64,000 nt of DNA from a virus (IMGVR_UViG_3300005611_000008:38204-102203); one strand, 5' to 3'; counted from the first letter of the stretch, positions 20,753 through 31,609 are shown. The notes: generated by a model from the sequence alone, not told the origin. Translations and numbers: made by a program.

Positions 20753-21826
20753 ATGGCATCTATCATTAAAATTAAACGCAGTTCCTCTGCAAGTTCAGTA
20801 CCGGGGAGTCTGCAAGAGGGCGAATTAGCAGTCAACCTTTTTGACAGAAAACTCTATGTCGGTAACTCGACTGGTGTTACAGCAATCGCAGGTGAAAATG
20901 CGATTGCTGATGTGGCAGGACTGCAAGCAGCATTAGACAATCGCATGACGGTTGCAAACACTCAATCGCTTGTTAATGCTCGATTAGGTGCGACTGCTTC
21001 TGTTACTTTAACTGGCGATATCACTGGTACAGCATCATTCTCTGGAAACAGCGTATCAATTTCTACCACATATAATAATGATGTTGTGCTTGGAACAGAT
21101 ACAAGCGGTAATTATGTTGAAACTCTAGCAGCAGGAAATAATTCAATTGTTATTACTGGTGCTGACGGTGAAGGTGCTACCAAAACAGTATCACTTGGCG
21201 ATAACATTGGTGCGAACACCTCTGGTACTGCCGCGAGTGCTACAGCATTAGCAACTGCTCGCGACATTGGTGGTGTATCATTTGACGGTACTGCCAACAT
21301 TAACTTGCCGGGTGTCAATACCACAGGTAACCAAGACACAACAGGAAATGCGGCAACCGCAACTGCTTTAGAGACCGCCCGAAATATTGCAGGTCAATCA
21401 TTTGATGGTACTGCTGACATCACAATCGCGGCAACCGATCTTTCTGATGTTAACCAATCACTTGCTACCACAGACAATGTAACCTTTGCTGACATTTCTG
21501 CAACTGGTGATCTAACAGTCGATGGTAACTTGACTGTCGAAGGTGCAGTAACATACATCTCATCTTCTACTGTGAATGTCGATGACTCGATGTTGAAACT
21601 TTCTGCAAACAACGCAGGAGATACAGTAGATACTGGTGTATACGGTAAGTACATTGTTTCTGGAAACTCAGCAGTACAATTCGCAGGTTACTTCCGCGAT
21701 GCAACTGATGGTGCGTTCAAGTTCTACACTGGATTAGATGTAGAACCAACAACGACTGTTGATGTAACAGACACTGGTTATGGTTTGGCACAAGTTGATG
21801 CAATCATCGATGGCGGCACATACTAA
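20753..21826 (+). CDS. Tail fibre segment/adaptor protein
   Basis: IKIKRS...LQEGELAVN...KLYVG N-terminus; ATALATAR.I.G.SFDGTA.I repeats; ends IDGGTY. Confidence 0.75.
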   Translation: MASIIKIKRSSSASSVPGSLQEGELAVNLFDRKLYVGNSTGVTAIAGENAIADVAGLQAALDNRMTVANTQSLVNARLGATASVTLTGDITGTASFSGNSVSISTTYNNDVVLGTDTSGNYVETLAAGNNSIVITGADGEGATKTVSLGDNIGANTSGTAASATALATARDIGGVSFDGTANINLPGVNTTGNQDTTGNAATATALETARNIAGQSFDGTADITIAATDLSDVNQSLATTDNVTFADISATGDLTVDGNLTVEGAVTYISSSTVNVDDSMLKLSANNAGDTVDTGVYGKYIVSGNSAVQFAGYFRDATDGAFKFYTGLDVEPTTTVDVTDTGYGLAQVDAIIDGGTY

Positions 21827-21872
21827 ATAATAGTAAGATTGGGGGACAATAGGATTACATAATCCGTCCCTC
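21822..21872 (+). promoter_or_regulatory. Late promoter variant ACTAAATA (21822-21829) followed by a bulged stem-loop (21841-21872)
   Basis: GGGGGAC-aata-GGATT-acat-AATCC-GTCCCTC; could be a terminator or a 5' leader structure. Confidence 0.45.
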
Positions 21873-21921
21873 TTAATTATAAACGGTCTATATAGACTTT
21901 GAATACAAGAGAACCATTTTT

Positions 21922-22419
21922 ATGGCATCCATTGTCAAGATAAAGCGTTCCTCCGTACAGGGGAAAGCACCGACAACAGACAACTTACAAGTAGGAGAAC
22001 TGGCACTCAATACGAGAGACAGTAAACTCTTTTCGTCTGATGGTTCTCGTGTATTCGAAGTCGGTTCTAATTTACACTCTATTTTCGTCGGGTCCGGTGG
22101 TTTAACCATAGGAAATGGCGCAATATCTTTTCCTACATCCGACGGATCAGACGGTCAGTATCTCGGCACTGATGGTAATGGTAATTTAACGTTCAACACA
22201 TTCGATAGCGGTAGCGGTAGTATTGGATTTGTGAGAGGAACGCTTAATTCTTTTCCTAGTGGAGATTTGGGAGAAAATGAAGATTTTGTTGGAGAGAATT
22301 CGGAAACACAAATAGATCCTTTTGGTGTTCCTATACAATCAATTTACGATTGTATGGATCCAAATGGAAGATTCATAGTAGAAAACCTCGGCACAGAAGA
22401 AGCATTTGTAGGTGCTTAA
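21922..22419 (+). CDS. Short fibre/adaptor protein with IKRS..GELA N-terminal domain
   Basis: VKIKRS...LQVGELALN...KLF; FPTSDGSDGQYLGTDGNGNLTF fibre motif. Confidence 0.7.
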   Translation: MASIVKIKRSSVQGKAPTTDNLQVGELALNTRDSKLFSSDGSRVFEVGSNLHSIFVGSGGLTIGNGAISFPTSDGSDGQYLGTDGNGNLTFNTFDSGSGSIGFVRGTLNSFPSGDLGENEDFVGENSETQIDPFGVPIQSIYDCMDPNGRFIVENLGTEEAFVGA

Positions 22420-22435
22420 TTTTTGGAGAAAATAA

Positions 22436-25400
22436 ATGCCAACAACAGTACAATTTAGACGCGGGACAACAGCACAAAACGATAACTTTACTGGTGCTGT
22501 TGGAGAAATTTCAATTGATACTACTTTAGACCAAGTTCGTGTACATGATGGCGCGACTCAAGGTGGTTTCAAAGTAGGACGACAAGTCGATGTTGATGAT
22601 CGCATGCAGGTGGCAAATGCTCAAGCACTGTTCAGTACTGCTGTTGCTAATTTAGTATCTACAGTCAACGTTCAGAGTTACATGGCAGTATCTAATGCTC
22701 AAGCATTGTTTAGCACAGTCAATGCTAACAATATGTCGGTTGCCAACACTCGTGCTCTTGTCAATGATCGACTGGGGGCAACTGCTTCTGTTACTCTCAC
22801 TGGCGATGTCACTGGTTCAGGTTCATTTAGTTCTAATGCCGTATCAATTGCTCTGACAGATACAAATCTAGGTAATACTAATCTTGCGATTGCAGATCGA
22901 ATGCAAGTTGCCAATGTAACTTCTGCTATTGCAACAGCAGTTTCAGATCTTGTAGACTCAGCACCTGCTACATTGGATACTTTAAATGAACTCGCGGCGG
23001 CACTCGGTGATGATGAAAACTTTGCGACAACCTTAACAACTAACTTGGGGCAAAAGTTAGGTTCAACTGCAACCGTCACTTTAACTGGTGATTTAACAGC
23101 AAGCGAAACTGCGTTCTCATCTAATGCTGTATCTCTCTCTACTACACTTGCTGATACTGGAACACCAACTGGCACATTTGGTTCAGGTTCATTGATTCCT
23201 GTTATAACAGTAGATTCAAAGGGTCGTATCACAAATATTTCTAATACCTCAGTTGCAGGTGTTTCTAGCGTTGCGTACACTGCGGCAAACAGTAACTTCC
23301 GCATCTCAACTGCGGATGGAACAACTTATGATGCTGTCATTGCGACTGAAAAAATGTCCGTTGCAAATACTCAAGCATTGCACACAAGCATCACAGCAAA
23401 CCTAAACTCTTACATTGCGAATACAAACCCTCGCATTACCAACATTCTAACAAGTGTAGGTAGCACCAATACTGCTTTGCGTACTATCATTTCAAACAAT
23501 GAAGCAAACACAGTAACTCGCTTGGCAAACGTTGATAGTTCTATTATCACTGCAAACACTCGTATTACAAATGCATTAACTAGTATTGGTTCAACAAACA
23601 CTGCTATCCGTGCTATTGTTGCCAACCACGAAGCAAATACAGTTACACGCCTCGATAATCGTATGACTGTAGCAAATACTCAAGCACTGGTCAATGCTCG
23701 TTTAGGTGCAACTGCAACTGTGGAGATTACTGGTGATGTTGCAGGTGGTCCGACTGCCTTTTCTGGTAATACGGTTTCAATCGCTGTTACTCAACAGAAC
23801 AACTCTGTTGACCTCGGAACCCACACTACTGGTAACTATGTTGCGACAATCTCTGGTACTGCTAATGAAGTTGAAGTTTCTGGTTCTGGATCAGAAGGTG
23901 CTTCTGTTACCATTGGATTACCGGATGATGTCACTGTAGCAGGACAATTAAGTGTCGGAGAAAACGTAGTTGTATCTGGAAATCTTATCGTATCAGGAAC
24001 AACCACAACCGTTAACTCTGAAGAAGTTAATATTGCTAATACTAAGATCACTCTAAACTCAGACTTGAATGGAGCAACGCCTGCAAGCGAAGACGCAGGA
24101 ATTATTGTCAACCGTGGTTCGGACTCAGATGTTTCTTTCATTTATGATGAAGGAAATGATCGTTGGACATTAGGATCGGAGCAATTAGTTTCTGGTGATC
24201 TAATCCCTAATACAGATAGCGCGGAAGATTTAGGAACTACATCAGTTCGTTGGCGTAAATTGTATGCAGACGATGGTGATTTCAGTGGTGATGTTTCTGT
24301 CACAGGTGATATTACTGTTACTGGGTCAATCAATGCAACAATTGAAGGTCAAGCGAACACTGCTGCAGCATTATCTACTGCTCGTGAGATTGCTTTGGGT
24401 GGCGATTTATCTGGTAGTGCCGATTTTGATGGTAGTCAAGACATTACAATCATAGCAACAGTTGCAGATGATTCACACAATCATGTCATCTCTAATGTTG
24501 ATGGTTTACAAGATGCATTAGACAACCGTATGACTGTCGCGAATACACAAGCACTTGCCGATGCTCGTTTAGGTGCAACTGCAACTGTGGAGATTACTGG
24601 AGCAGTTGCAGGTGGTGCAACAGCATTTTCTTCTAATGCGGTTTCCATTGCAGTAACTCAGCAGAACAACTCAGTAACGCTTGGTACACATACCACTGGT
24701 AACTATGTCGGAACAATTACTGGTGGAACTGGTATTGCATCAACTGGAGCAACTTCTGGCGAAGGCATAGCACACACACTTTCTGTCGATTTAAGTGAAT
24801 TGACAGACATGACTGCCACTATGGTTGGTACTGATGAGTTTATCGTACTCGACGCAGGTGCTGATAGACGAAAAGCAGCAAGCGAGATTGGATTAAGTAT
24901 CTTTAATAACGATTCGGGATTCTCTACTACAACTGGTACTGTTACATCAGTAAATCTTACAGCAGGTAATCTGATTGATGTATCTGGTGGTCCTATTACT
25001 TCATCAGGCAGTATAACAGTCAATGTAGACTTATCTGAATTGACAGATGGTACTGATGCTATTGTGGGTGGTGAAGACGAATTAGTCTATCTCGACAATG
25101 GTTCTCAGAAACGCAAATTAGTTTCAGAAATTGCAATTGGTCAGTTCAACACCACAAATCAAATTGCACTTGGCACGGATACAACAGGTAATTACATTGC
25201 AACCATCTCTGGCACTACTAACGAAGTCGAGGTCTCTGGATCAGGTTCCGAAACTGCGGGAGTCACAATTGGGTTGCCGAATGACGTAACACTCACAGGC
25301 GATCTCACAGTCTCTGGTGGAGACATTACGCTTGGTGGTACTGGTCGCATTCAAGGTATTGATACAGTATCTTCTGGCACAGATGCCGCAAACAAGACTT

Positions 25401-27766
25401 ATGTTGACAATGCAGTCGCGGGTGTTGTAGATTCTGCTCCTGCCGCATTGGATACGCTGAACGAACTTGCCGCGGCACTTGGCGATGATGCTAACTTTGC
25501 AACAACCGTTTCTACAAACATCGGACAAAAGTTGGGTGCAACTGCAACAGTCACTTTAACTGGAGATGTCACTGCAAGTGCGACTGCTTTCTCATCCAAT
25601 GCAGTATCAATCTCTACAGATATTGCATCAAATGTAGTTGGTGCGGCAGAACTGAAGGTTACTGGTAATGGTTCGGTGGATCAGTATTTGGCATCAGATG
25701 GTGATGGAACATTCACATTTAAAGATGTTCCTGCGGGATATACAGATAGCGATGTAGATGATCACCTTTCTGGTGGAACTGGTATTGCATATTCAAGCGG
25801 AACAATTTCAGTTGACTTATCTGAATTAACTGACATGACCCAAACAATGGTAGGCACTGATGAATTCATCGTACTCGACGCAGGTGCTGATCGTCGCAAA
25901 GCAGCAAGTGAGATTGGATTAAGTATCTTTAATAACGATTCGGGATTCTCTACTACAACTGGTACAGTAACCTCTCACACCGTAGGCGCGGGGGATGGTC
26001 TCACTGGTGGTGGTACGGTTACATCAAGTGGAACAACAACAGTAAATGTTGGAGCAGGAACTCTTATCGATGTAACTGCTGATGCGGTTAATGTAGATTT
26101 ATCCGAATTGACTACTTCTACCTCAGATGGCGATGGTGATTTCTTTGTTGTTGTTGATGACGCAAACGCGCAAAAGAAGTTGACGAAAGGCAACATTAAC
26201 ATCTCTGGATTTAACAATGATGCTGGATTCTCAACCACAACTGGTACTGTTACATCAGTAAATCTTACAGCAGGCAATTTAATCGATGTATCTGGTGGTC
26301 CTGTTACCTCATCAGGAAGCATAACAGTCGATGTAGATTTGTCTGAATTGACAGACGGTACTGCTGACATCGTGGGTGCTGAAGATGAACTGGTTTATCT
26401 TGACAATGGTTCTCAGAAACGTAAATTAGTTTCAGAAATTGCAATTGGTCAGTTCAACACCACAAATCAAATTGCACTTGCTACAGACACCACTGGTAAC
26501 TATGTATCAGGCATTTCTGGCACTACCAACGAAATCGAAGTTTCTGGTTCTGGGTCAGAAAACGCAACAGTCACGATTGGACTTCCAAATGATGTAACAC
26601 TCACAGGCGATCTCACAGTCTCTGGTGGCGACATCGTATTGGGTGGTACTGGTCGTATTCAAGGCGTAGACACAGTATCATCTGGTACAGATGCGGCAAA
26701 TAAGACTTATGTTGATAACGCAGTCGCAGGTATTGTAGACTCTGCCCCTGCCGCATTGGATACGCTGAACGAACTTGCTGCGGCACTTGGCGATGATGCT
26801 AACTTTGCAACTACTGTTGCGACTAACCTTGGTCAAAAGTTAGGTGCAACTGCTACCGTTGCGATTACTGGTGCTGTTGCAGGTGGCGCAACTGCCTTCT
26901 CATCCAACTCAGTATCTATCGCAGTAACTCAGCAAAACAACTCAGTAACGCTTGGTACACATACCACTGGTAACTATGTTGCAACGATTACTGGTGGAAC
27001 TGGTTTAACTTCATCGGGGGCAACTTCGGGTGAAGGGATTGCTCATACATTGTCAGTTGACTATGGAACTAGTTCAGGCACTGCTTGTCAAGGTAACGAT
27101 GCTCGACTCAGTGATAGTCGTACTTGTGATAATACATTCGACAATGCATCGACTGCTCGTTCAAATCTTGGATTAGGTTCACTTGCTACACTGTCAACAG
27201 TCAATGCGGCAACCATCACTGATAACTCAGTCGGTGCGGCAGAACTAAATGTTTCTGGCAATGGTTCAGCAGGTCAATACCTTGAATCCGATGGAGACGG
27301 TACATTCACTTGGTCTACTGTATCAGCAGGTGCTACCGTTGAAAGCAAATCTGATGATGTAGATTACAATGTGATCTTCACAGCAGAAACATCAGGCACA
27401 CAAGACAACGCATTTATTAACGCATCAAAGTTGTATTTCAACCCATCTTCTGGTACACTAAATGCTACAGACTTCAACTCTTTGTCTGATGAGAAGTACA
27501 AAGAGAACATTGAGTCTATCGAAAATGCATCTGATGTAGTAAGTCAATTACAAGGACGTTCATTCACTTGGAAAGAAACTGGTAAGAATACCTTTGGTGT
27601 TATTGCACAAGAACTTGAACAAGTACTTCCTGAGTTGGTTAAAGAAAGCAACTCAGGCGACAAAACTGTGAACTACTTAGGACTGATTGCATTTTTGATT
27701 GAGAGCAACAAAGAACTACAAACTCGTTTGGACGCACTTGAAAAGGAAGTGATGAATGGCAATTAA
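22436..27766 (+). CDS. Long tail fibre: Mtd_N-like N-terminus, repeated shaft modules, C-terminal peptidase S74 intramolecular chaperone
   Basis: VQFRRGTTAQN..FTGAVGEI.IDT....RVHDG N-terminus; three APxxLDTLNELAAALGDD modules; SDEKYKENI...GVIAQELEQVLPELV...VNY..LIAFLIES.KEL at the C-terminus. Confidence 0.85.
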   Translation: MPTTVQFRRGTTAQNDNFTGAVGEISIDTTLDQVRVHDGATQGGFKVGRQVDVDDRMQVANAQALFSTAVANLVSTVNVQSYMAVSNAQALFSTVNANNMSVANTRALVNDRLGATASVTLTGDVTGSGSFSSNAVSIALTDTNLGNTNLAIADRMQVANVTSAIATAVSDLVDSAPATLDTLNELAAALGDDENFATTLTTNLGQKLGSTATVTLTGDLTASETAFSSNAVSLSTTLADTGTPTGTFGSGSLIPVITVDSKGRITNISNTSVAGVSSVAYTAANSNFRISTADGTTYDAVIATEKMSVANTQALHTSITANLNSYIANTNPRITNILTSVGSTNTALRTIISNNEANTVTRLANVDSSIITANTRITNALTSIGSTNTAIRAIVANHEANTVTRLDNRMTVANTQALVNARLGATATVEITGDVAGGPTAFSGNTVSIAVTQQNNSVDLGTHTTGNYVATISGTANEVEVSGSGSEGASVTIGLPDDVTVAGQLSVGENVVVSGNLIVSGTTTTVNSEEVNIANTKITLNSDLNGATPASEDAGIIVNRGSDSDVSFIYDEGNDRWTLGSEQLVSGDLIPNTDSAEDLGTTSVRWRKLYADDGDFSGDVSVTGDITVTGSINATIEGQANTAAALSTAREIALGGDLSGSADFDGSQDITIIATVADDSHNHVISNVDGLQDALDNRMTVANTQALADARLGATATVEITGAVAGGATAFSSNAVSIAVTQQNNSVTLGTHTTGNYVGTITGGTGIASTGATSGEGIAHTLSVDLSELTDMTATMVGTDEFIVLDAGADRRKAASEIGLSIFNNDSGFSTTTGTVTSVNLTAGNLIDVSGGPITSSGSITVNVDLSELTDGTDAIVGGEDELVYLDNGSQKRKLVSEIAIGQFNTTNQIALGTDTTGNYIATISGTTNEVEVSGSGSETAGVTIGLPNDVTLTGDLTVSGGDITLGGTGRIQGIDTVSSGTDAANKTYVDNAVAGVVDSAPAALDTLNELAAALGDDANFATTVSTNIGQKLGATATVTLTGDVTASATAFSSNAVSISTDIASNVVGAAELKVTGNGSVDQYLASDGDGTFTFKDVPAGYTDSDVDDHLSGGTGIAYSSGTISVDLSELTDMTQTMVGTDEFIVLDAGADRRKAASEIGLSIFNNDSGFSTTTGTVTSHTVGAGDGLTGGGTVTSSGTTTVNVGAGTLIDVTADAVNVDLSELTTSTSDGDGDFFVVVDDANAQKKLTKGNINISGFNNDAGFSTTTGTVTSVNLTAGNLIDVSGGPVTSSGSITVDVDLSELTDGTADIVGAEDELVYLDNGSQKRKLVSEIAIGQFNTTNQIALATDTTGNYVSGISGTTNEIEVSGSGSENATVTIGLPNDVTLTGDLTVSGGDIVLGGTGRIQGVDTVSSGTDAANKTYVDNAVAGIVDSAPAALDTLNELAAALGDDANFATTVATNLGQKLGATATVAITGAVAGGATAFSSNSVSIAVTQQNNSVTLGTHTTGNYVATITGGTGLTSSGATSGEGIAHTLSVDYGTSSGTACQGNDARLSDSRTCDNTFDNASTARSNLGLGSLATLSTVNAATITDNSVGAAELNVSGNGSAGQYLESDGDGTFTWSTVSAGATVESKSDDVDYNVIFTAETSGTQDNAFINASKLYFNPSSGTLNATDFNSLSDEKYKENIESIENASDVVSQLQGRSFTWKETGKNTFGVIAQELEQVLPELVKESNSGDKTVNYLGLIAFLIESNKELQTRLDALEKEVMNGN
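24950..26860 (+). repeat. ~600-bp direct duplication in the fibre gene (24950-25552 and 26258-26860, offset 1308), plus a ~160-bp duplication (~24788-24949 and ~25814-25975)
   Basis: Near-identical peptides VNLTAGNLIDVSGGP...GQKLGATATV and DLSELTDMT...FSTTTGTVTS, with high nucleotide identity. Confidence 0.85.
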
Positions 27767-28724
27767 AGTTGGTGGTACTAATGTAGTATCGGACAGTAGA
27801 GAACTTGTCGGTCAAGATACGATTACTATTGCGGCAGGAAATCCGTTGGAGGTGCTTGTTCCTCCTCCTATGTCAGGCACTGTGTCGGGGTATAATTCTG
27901 GCGGAACATTTTCGGGTGTCAACACAATCGACAAGTTTCCTTTTGCAACAGATGCTAATGCGACTGATGTTGGTGATTTAACACAAGGAAGATATATTCC
28001 GGCAGGTCAGTCCTCATCCGACAATGGATACGCTTCTGGTGGACGTCCACCATTTGTCACCACAATCGACAAGTTTCCTTTCGCAACTGATGCTAATGCG
28101 ACTGATGTTGGTGATTTAACACAAGGAAGATATGGTGCGGCAGGACAATCTTCATCCGAAAATGGATACAGTTCTGGTGGTTATGCACCACCAACACTAA
28201 ACACAATCGACAAGTTTCCTTTTGCAACAGATGCCAATGCGACTGATGTCGGTGATTTAACACAAACAAGACTATCACCTGCAGGTCAATCTTCATCCGA
28301 AAATGGGTACGCTTCTGGCGGATTTCGACCACCACAAAGCAACGTAATCGACAAGTTTCCATTTGCAACCGATGCCAATGCGACTGATGTTGGTGATTTG
28401 ACACAAGCAAGAAGTAGTCTCTCAGGTGGTCAATCTTCATCGACAGATGGGTATGCTTCTGGCGGTTTTGCACCACCACGAGTCACCACAATCGACAAGT
28501 TTCCATTTGCATCAGATGCCAATGCGACTGACGTTGGTGATTTGACACAAGTAAGAAGTGCTACGGCAGGGCAATCTTCATCGACAGATGGGTATGCTTC
28601 TGGCGGTAATGCACCACCAAATGTCACCACAATCGACAAGTTTCCTTTCGCAACCGATGCTAATGCAACCGATGTCGGTGATTTAACACAAGCAAGAAGT
28701 GGTCCGGCAGGTCAACAGGATTAA
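27756..28724 (+). CDS. Six-bladed Kelch-like beta-propeller protein A (putative fibre tip / receptor-binding)
   Basis: Short N-terminal adaptor, PPP linker, six ~46-aa repeats GYxSGG-var-IDKFPFAxDANATDVGDLTQxR-var-GQ. Confidence 0.75.
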   Translation: MAIKVGGTNVVSDSRELVGQDTITIAAGNPLEVLVPPPMSGTVSGYNSGGTFSGVNTIDKFPFATDANATDVGDLTQGRYIPAGQSSSDNGYASGGRPPFVTTIDKFPFATDANATDVGDLTQGRYGAAGQSSSENGYSSGGYAPPTLNTIDKFPFATDANATDVGDLTQTRLSPAGQSSSENGYASGGFRPPQSNVIDKFPFATDANATDVGDLTQARSSLSGGQSSSTDGYASGGFAPPRVTTIDKFPFASDANATDVGDLTQVRSATAGQSSSTDGYASGGNAPPNVTTIDKFPFATDANATDVGDLTQARSGPAGQQD

Positions 28725-28729
28725 GAGAT

Positions 28730-29707
28730 ATGGCATATAAAATAAATGGTACAGATGCAGTAAACGACGACAAAGAAGGAAACTTTGTTAGTGTCACTAT
28801 GGAAACCGACACAGGGTTCATTCATTTGTTAGATCCTCCTCCTATGTCAGGAACTGTGTCGGGATACACTTCTGGCGGTTCTGCACCACCAACATCCAAC
28901 GTAATCGACAAGTTTCCATTTGCATCAGATGCCAATGCGACTGACGTTGGTGATTTGACACAAGCAAGAACGCGCCCAGCAGGTCAATCCTCATCCGACA
29001 ATGGATACACTTCTGGCGGTTATGCACCTTTCTCAGGTCGCAACACAATCGACAAGTTTCCTTTTGCAACAGATGCCAATGCGACAGATGTTGGCGATTT
29101 AACACAAGCAAGATTTGGTTCGGCAGGTCAATCTTCATACGACAATGGATACAGTTCTGGCGGTTTTGCACCACCAGCAGTCAACACAATCGACAAGTTT
29201 CCATTTGCGTCTGATGCCAACGCGACTGATGTTGGTGATTTATCACAAGCAAGATATTCTGCGACAGGTCAATCTTCATCCGACAATGGATACACTTCTG
29301 GCGGTAGATCACCATCACTTACCACCACAATCGACAAGTTTCCTTTTGCATCAGATGCCAATGCGACAGATGTCGGTGATTTGACACAAGCAAGAAGTGC
29401 TCCGGCAGGTCAATCTTCATCCGACAATGGATACACTTCTGGCGGTGCTACACCACCAAATGTCAACACAATCGACAAGTTTCCATTTGCAACCGATGCC
29501 AATGCGACTGATGTTGGTGATATAACAATAGCAGGAAATTATTTGACAGGTCAATCCTCATCCGACAATGGATACACTTCTGGTGGTGCTGCTCCAAGAC
29601 AAACCGTAATCGACAAGTTTCCATTTGCAACCGATGCCAATGCGACTGACGTTGGTGATTTGACACAAGGAAGAAGTTTTCTTGGCGGGGTAGGTCAACA
29701 AGACTAA
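28730..29707 (+). CDS. Six-bladed Kelch-like beta-propeller protein B
   Basis: Same architecture as A; six repeats; ends GQQD. Confidence 0.75.
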   Translation: MAYKINGTDAVNDDKEGNFVSVTMETDTGFIHLLDPPPMSGTVSGYTSGGSAPPTSNVIDKFPFASDANATDVGDLTQARTRPAGQSSSDNGYTSGGYAPFSGRNTIDKFPFATDANATDVGDLTQARFGSAGQSSYDNGYSSGGFAPPAVNTIDKFPFASDANATDVGDLSQARYSATGQSSSDNGYTSGGRSPSLTTTIDKFPFASDANATDVGDLTQARSAPAGQSSSDNGYTSGGATPPNVNTIDKFPFATDANATDVGDITIAGNYLTGQSSSDNGYTSGGAAPRQTVIDKFPFATDANATDVGDLTQGRSFLGGVGQQD

Positions 29708-29722
29708 TATTTAATTTTCAGA

Positions 29723-29730
29723 ACTAAATA
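29723..29730 (+). promoter_or_regulatory. T4-type late promoter variant
   Basis: ACTAAATA in the intergenic gap upstream of the oxygenase cassette. Confidence 0.55.
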
Positions 29731-29767
29731 GTGTATTCTTTTATGAAAATGGTAAGGTGAAAATATA

Positions 29768-30331
29768 ATGTACGGCAAAGAACATCCAAGTCAACATAAT
29801 GTGTTTCAATCTCCGATTTGGGGGTTTATACTAAATACAGAGCAATATCACGCAATTGACTACATTGACACAATTATGAAAATGAAAGAGACGATGCCAT
29901 CCCAAGTGAAAAGTAATATGGGGGGATGGCAGTCTGATGACAACCTCCACTCTCACGGCATCTTTCGTGAGTTTGCATCAATTATCAGAAAGTTGTCAAG
30001 TGAAATATTAGAATCGTATACCAAACGTGAAGTTTATGTTCAGTCTATGTGGGCAAATGTTAATCATAAATACAATATGAATATGGCACACACGCACGAA
30101 GGCGAACTCTCGGGGGTGTTTTATTTGAAGATTCCACCAGATTCTGGACGATTGATTCTTGTGAATCCCATGATTCGTTCAGAGATGAAAGTGATTCGAG
30201 AAAAGAACTATTCGATAGAACCGGAAAATCTTGCGTGTATCATGTTTCCTAGTTGGATGGAGCATTATGTGGAAATGAATCAAAGTGATGAAGATAGAAT
30301 TAGTATTAGTTTTAATATTGGAGTTAGATAA
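29768..30331 (+). CDS. 2OG-Fe(II) oxygenase (TIGR02466-like)
   Basis: SNMGGWQS, WANVN...HTH..LSGVFYL, FPSWMEHYV..N.S.EDRISISFN. Confidence 0.8.
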   Translation: MYGKEHPSQHNVFQSPIWGFILNTEQYHAIDYIDTIMKMKETMPSQVKSNMGGWQSDDNLHSHGIFREFASIIRKLSSEILESYTKREVYVQSMWANVNHKYNMNMAHTHEGELSGVFYLKIPPDSGRLILVNPMIRSEMKVIREKNYSIEPENLACIMFPSWMEHYVEMNQSDEDRISISFNIGVR

Positions 30332-31608
30332 TGGGAAGTGAAATTAAAGACTATTTTGAAGACAATGGATATGTTGTTCTTTCGAATGCGATTACACAAG
30401 ATCGTGCAAACTTTTTAACACATCATATGTTTAGTCTATACGATTCAAACAAATTAGTTCGTGATGACCAATGCCCTAAATCGGATGCTGTGTATGGTGA
30501 TGCACATATGGAAGAACTGCTACACGAGTTTGCAGTTCCAATCGGTAATCAAATCGGTCGTCTTCTTGCTCCCACTTATGCGTATGCTCGCATTTATCGT
30601 CCCGGCGAAGTGCTGAAAAAACACAAAGATCGTCCTGCGTGTGAAATTTCTGCTACGATGACTCTTGGTTTTGATGGCAAGTCAGTATACCCCATCTTCT
30701 TCTCAAATGGTGAAAAACATCAAGTTCCAGTTCAGTTGGACGTAGGTGAACTCGCAGTCTATAAAGGGTGTGAGTTATTGCATTGGAGAAACGAGTTCAA
30801 GGGCAAGTGGCATGTACAAGTATTCTTACATTATGTCGATCTAGATGGTCCTTATGCAGATGAAGCAGGTGATAGTCGCACACGAGGCAAACGACCCACT
30901 CCTAATGTGGTTCATCATCAAGAACAACAACAACTTGATGAAACTCCTAAAATAACTGAAAAAAAAGTAAAGGTTTCAAGACCTCATTATGACTCAGTGT
31001 ATATTCCAAGCAGTGATGATACTTTACCCGGATACATTGGCATTAACTCAAAACATATGCCAGAACTGATGTTTACCAAAGAAGAGTGCGACCGAATTGT
31101 TAATCTGACAAAAGATTTATACCACGCAGATGCAACAGTAGGTGGTGATCACAAAGGTAAGTTTGAACAAGAAATTCGTAAGGCAAATATTTTCGTATTG
31201 GAAAACGACGAAGAAAACCGTTGGATTTTCGAAAAACTTTGTAAGATTATTTCAGTTCTTAATCAAGAACATTACGACTATGAGATTTCAGGTATTGTCC
31301 ACGGTTTGCAATTGATTCATTATACAAGTGATGATGAAGTCAAGGGGCATTACGATTGGCACGTAGATGCAGGTCGCGGTCCAGTAGCAACAAGAAAGAT
31401 TAGTGTGACCGTTCAACTGACTGATCCTAATGAATATGAAGAATGCGATTTAGTCGTCAACGATCACGGCAACATTTTTGAGGCAACTCGTGAGCAAGGA
31501 TCTATAAATAGTTTTCCAAGTTATATGCCACATAAAGTGACCAATATTACAAAAGGCGAGAGATATGCTCTTGTCATCTGGGTTCATGGTTCTAGGAGAT
31601 TTAGATAA
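30331..31608 (+). CDS. Tandem two-domain 2OG-Fe(II) oxygenase (C-domain prolyl-4-hydroxylase/PKHD-like)
   Basis: Domain 1 YARIY..G..L.KHKDRPACEIS...HWR; domain 2 YDWHVD...RKIS...FPSYMPHKVT.ITKGERYALV.W. Confidence 0.8.
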   Translation: MGSEIKDYFEDNGYVVLSNAITQDRANFLTHHMFSLYDSNKLVRDDQCPKSDAVYGDAHMEELLHEFAVPIGNQIGRLLAPTYAYARIYRPGEVLKKHKDRPACEISATMTLGFDGKSVYPIFFSNGEKHQVPVQLDVGELAVYKGCELLHWRNEFKGKWHVQVFLHYVDLDGPYADEAGDSRTRGKRPTPNVVHHQEQQQLDETPKITEKKVKVSRPHYDSVYIPSSDDTLPGYIGINSKHMPELMFTKEECDRIVNLTKDLYHADATVGGDHKGKFEQEIRKANIFVLENDEENRWIFEKLCKIISVLNQEHYDYEISGIVHGLQLIHYTSDDEVKGHYDWHVDAGRGPVATRKISVTVQLTDPNEYEECDLVVNDHGNIFEATREQGSINSFPSYMPHKVTNITKGERYALVIWVHGSRRFR

Positions 31609-31609
31609 T

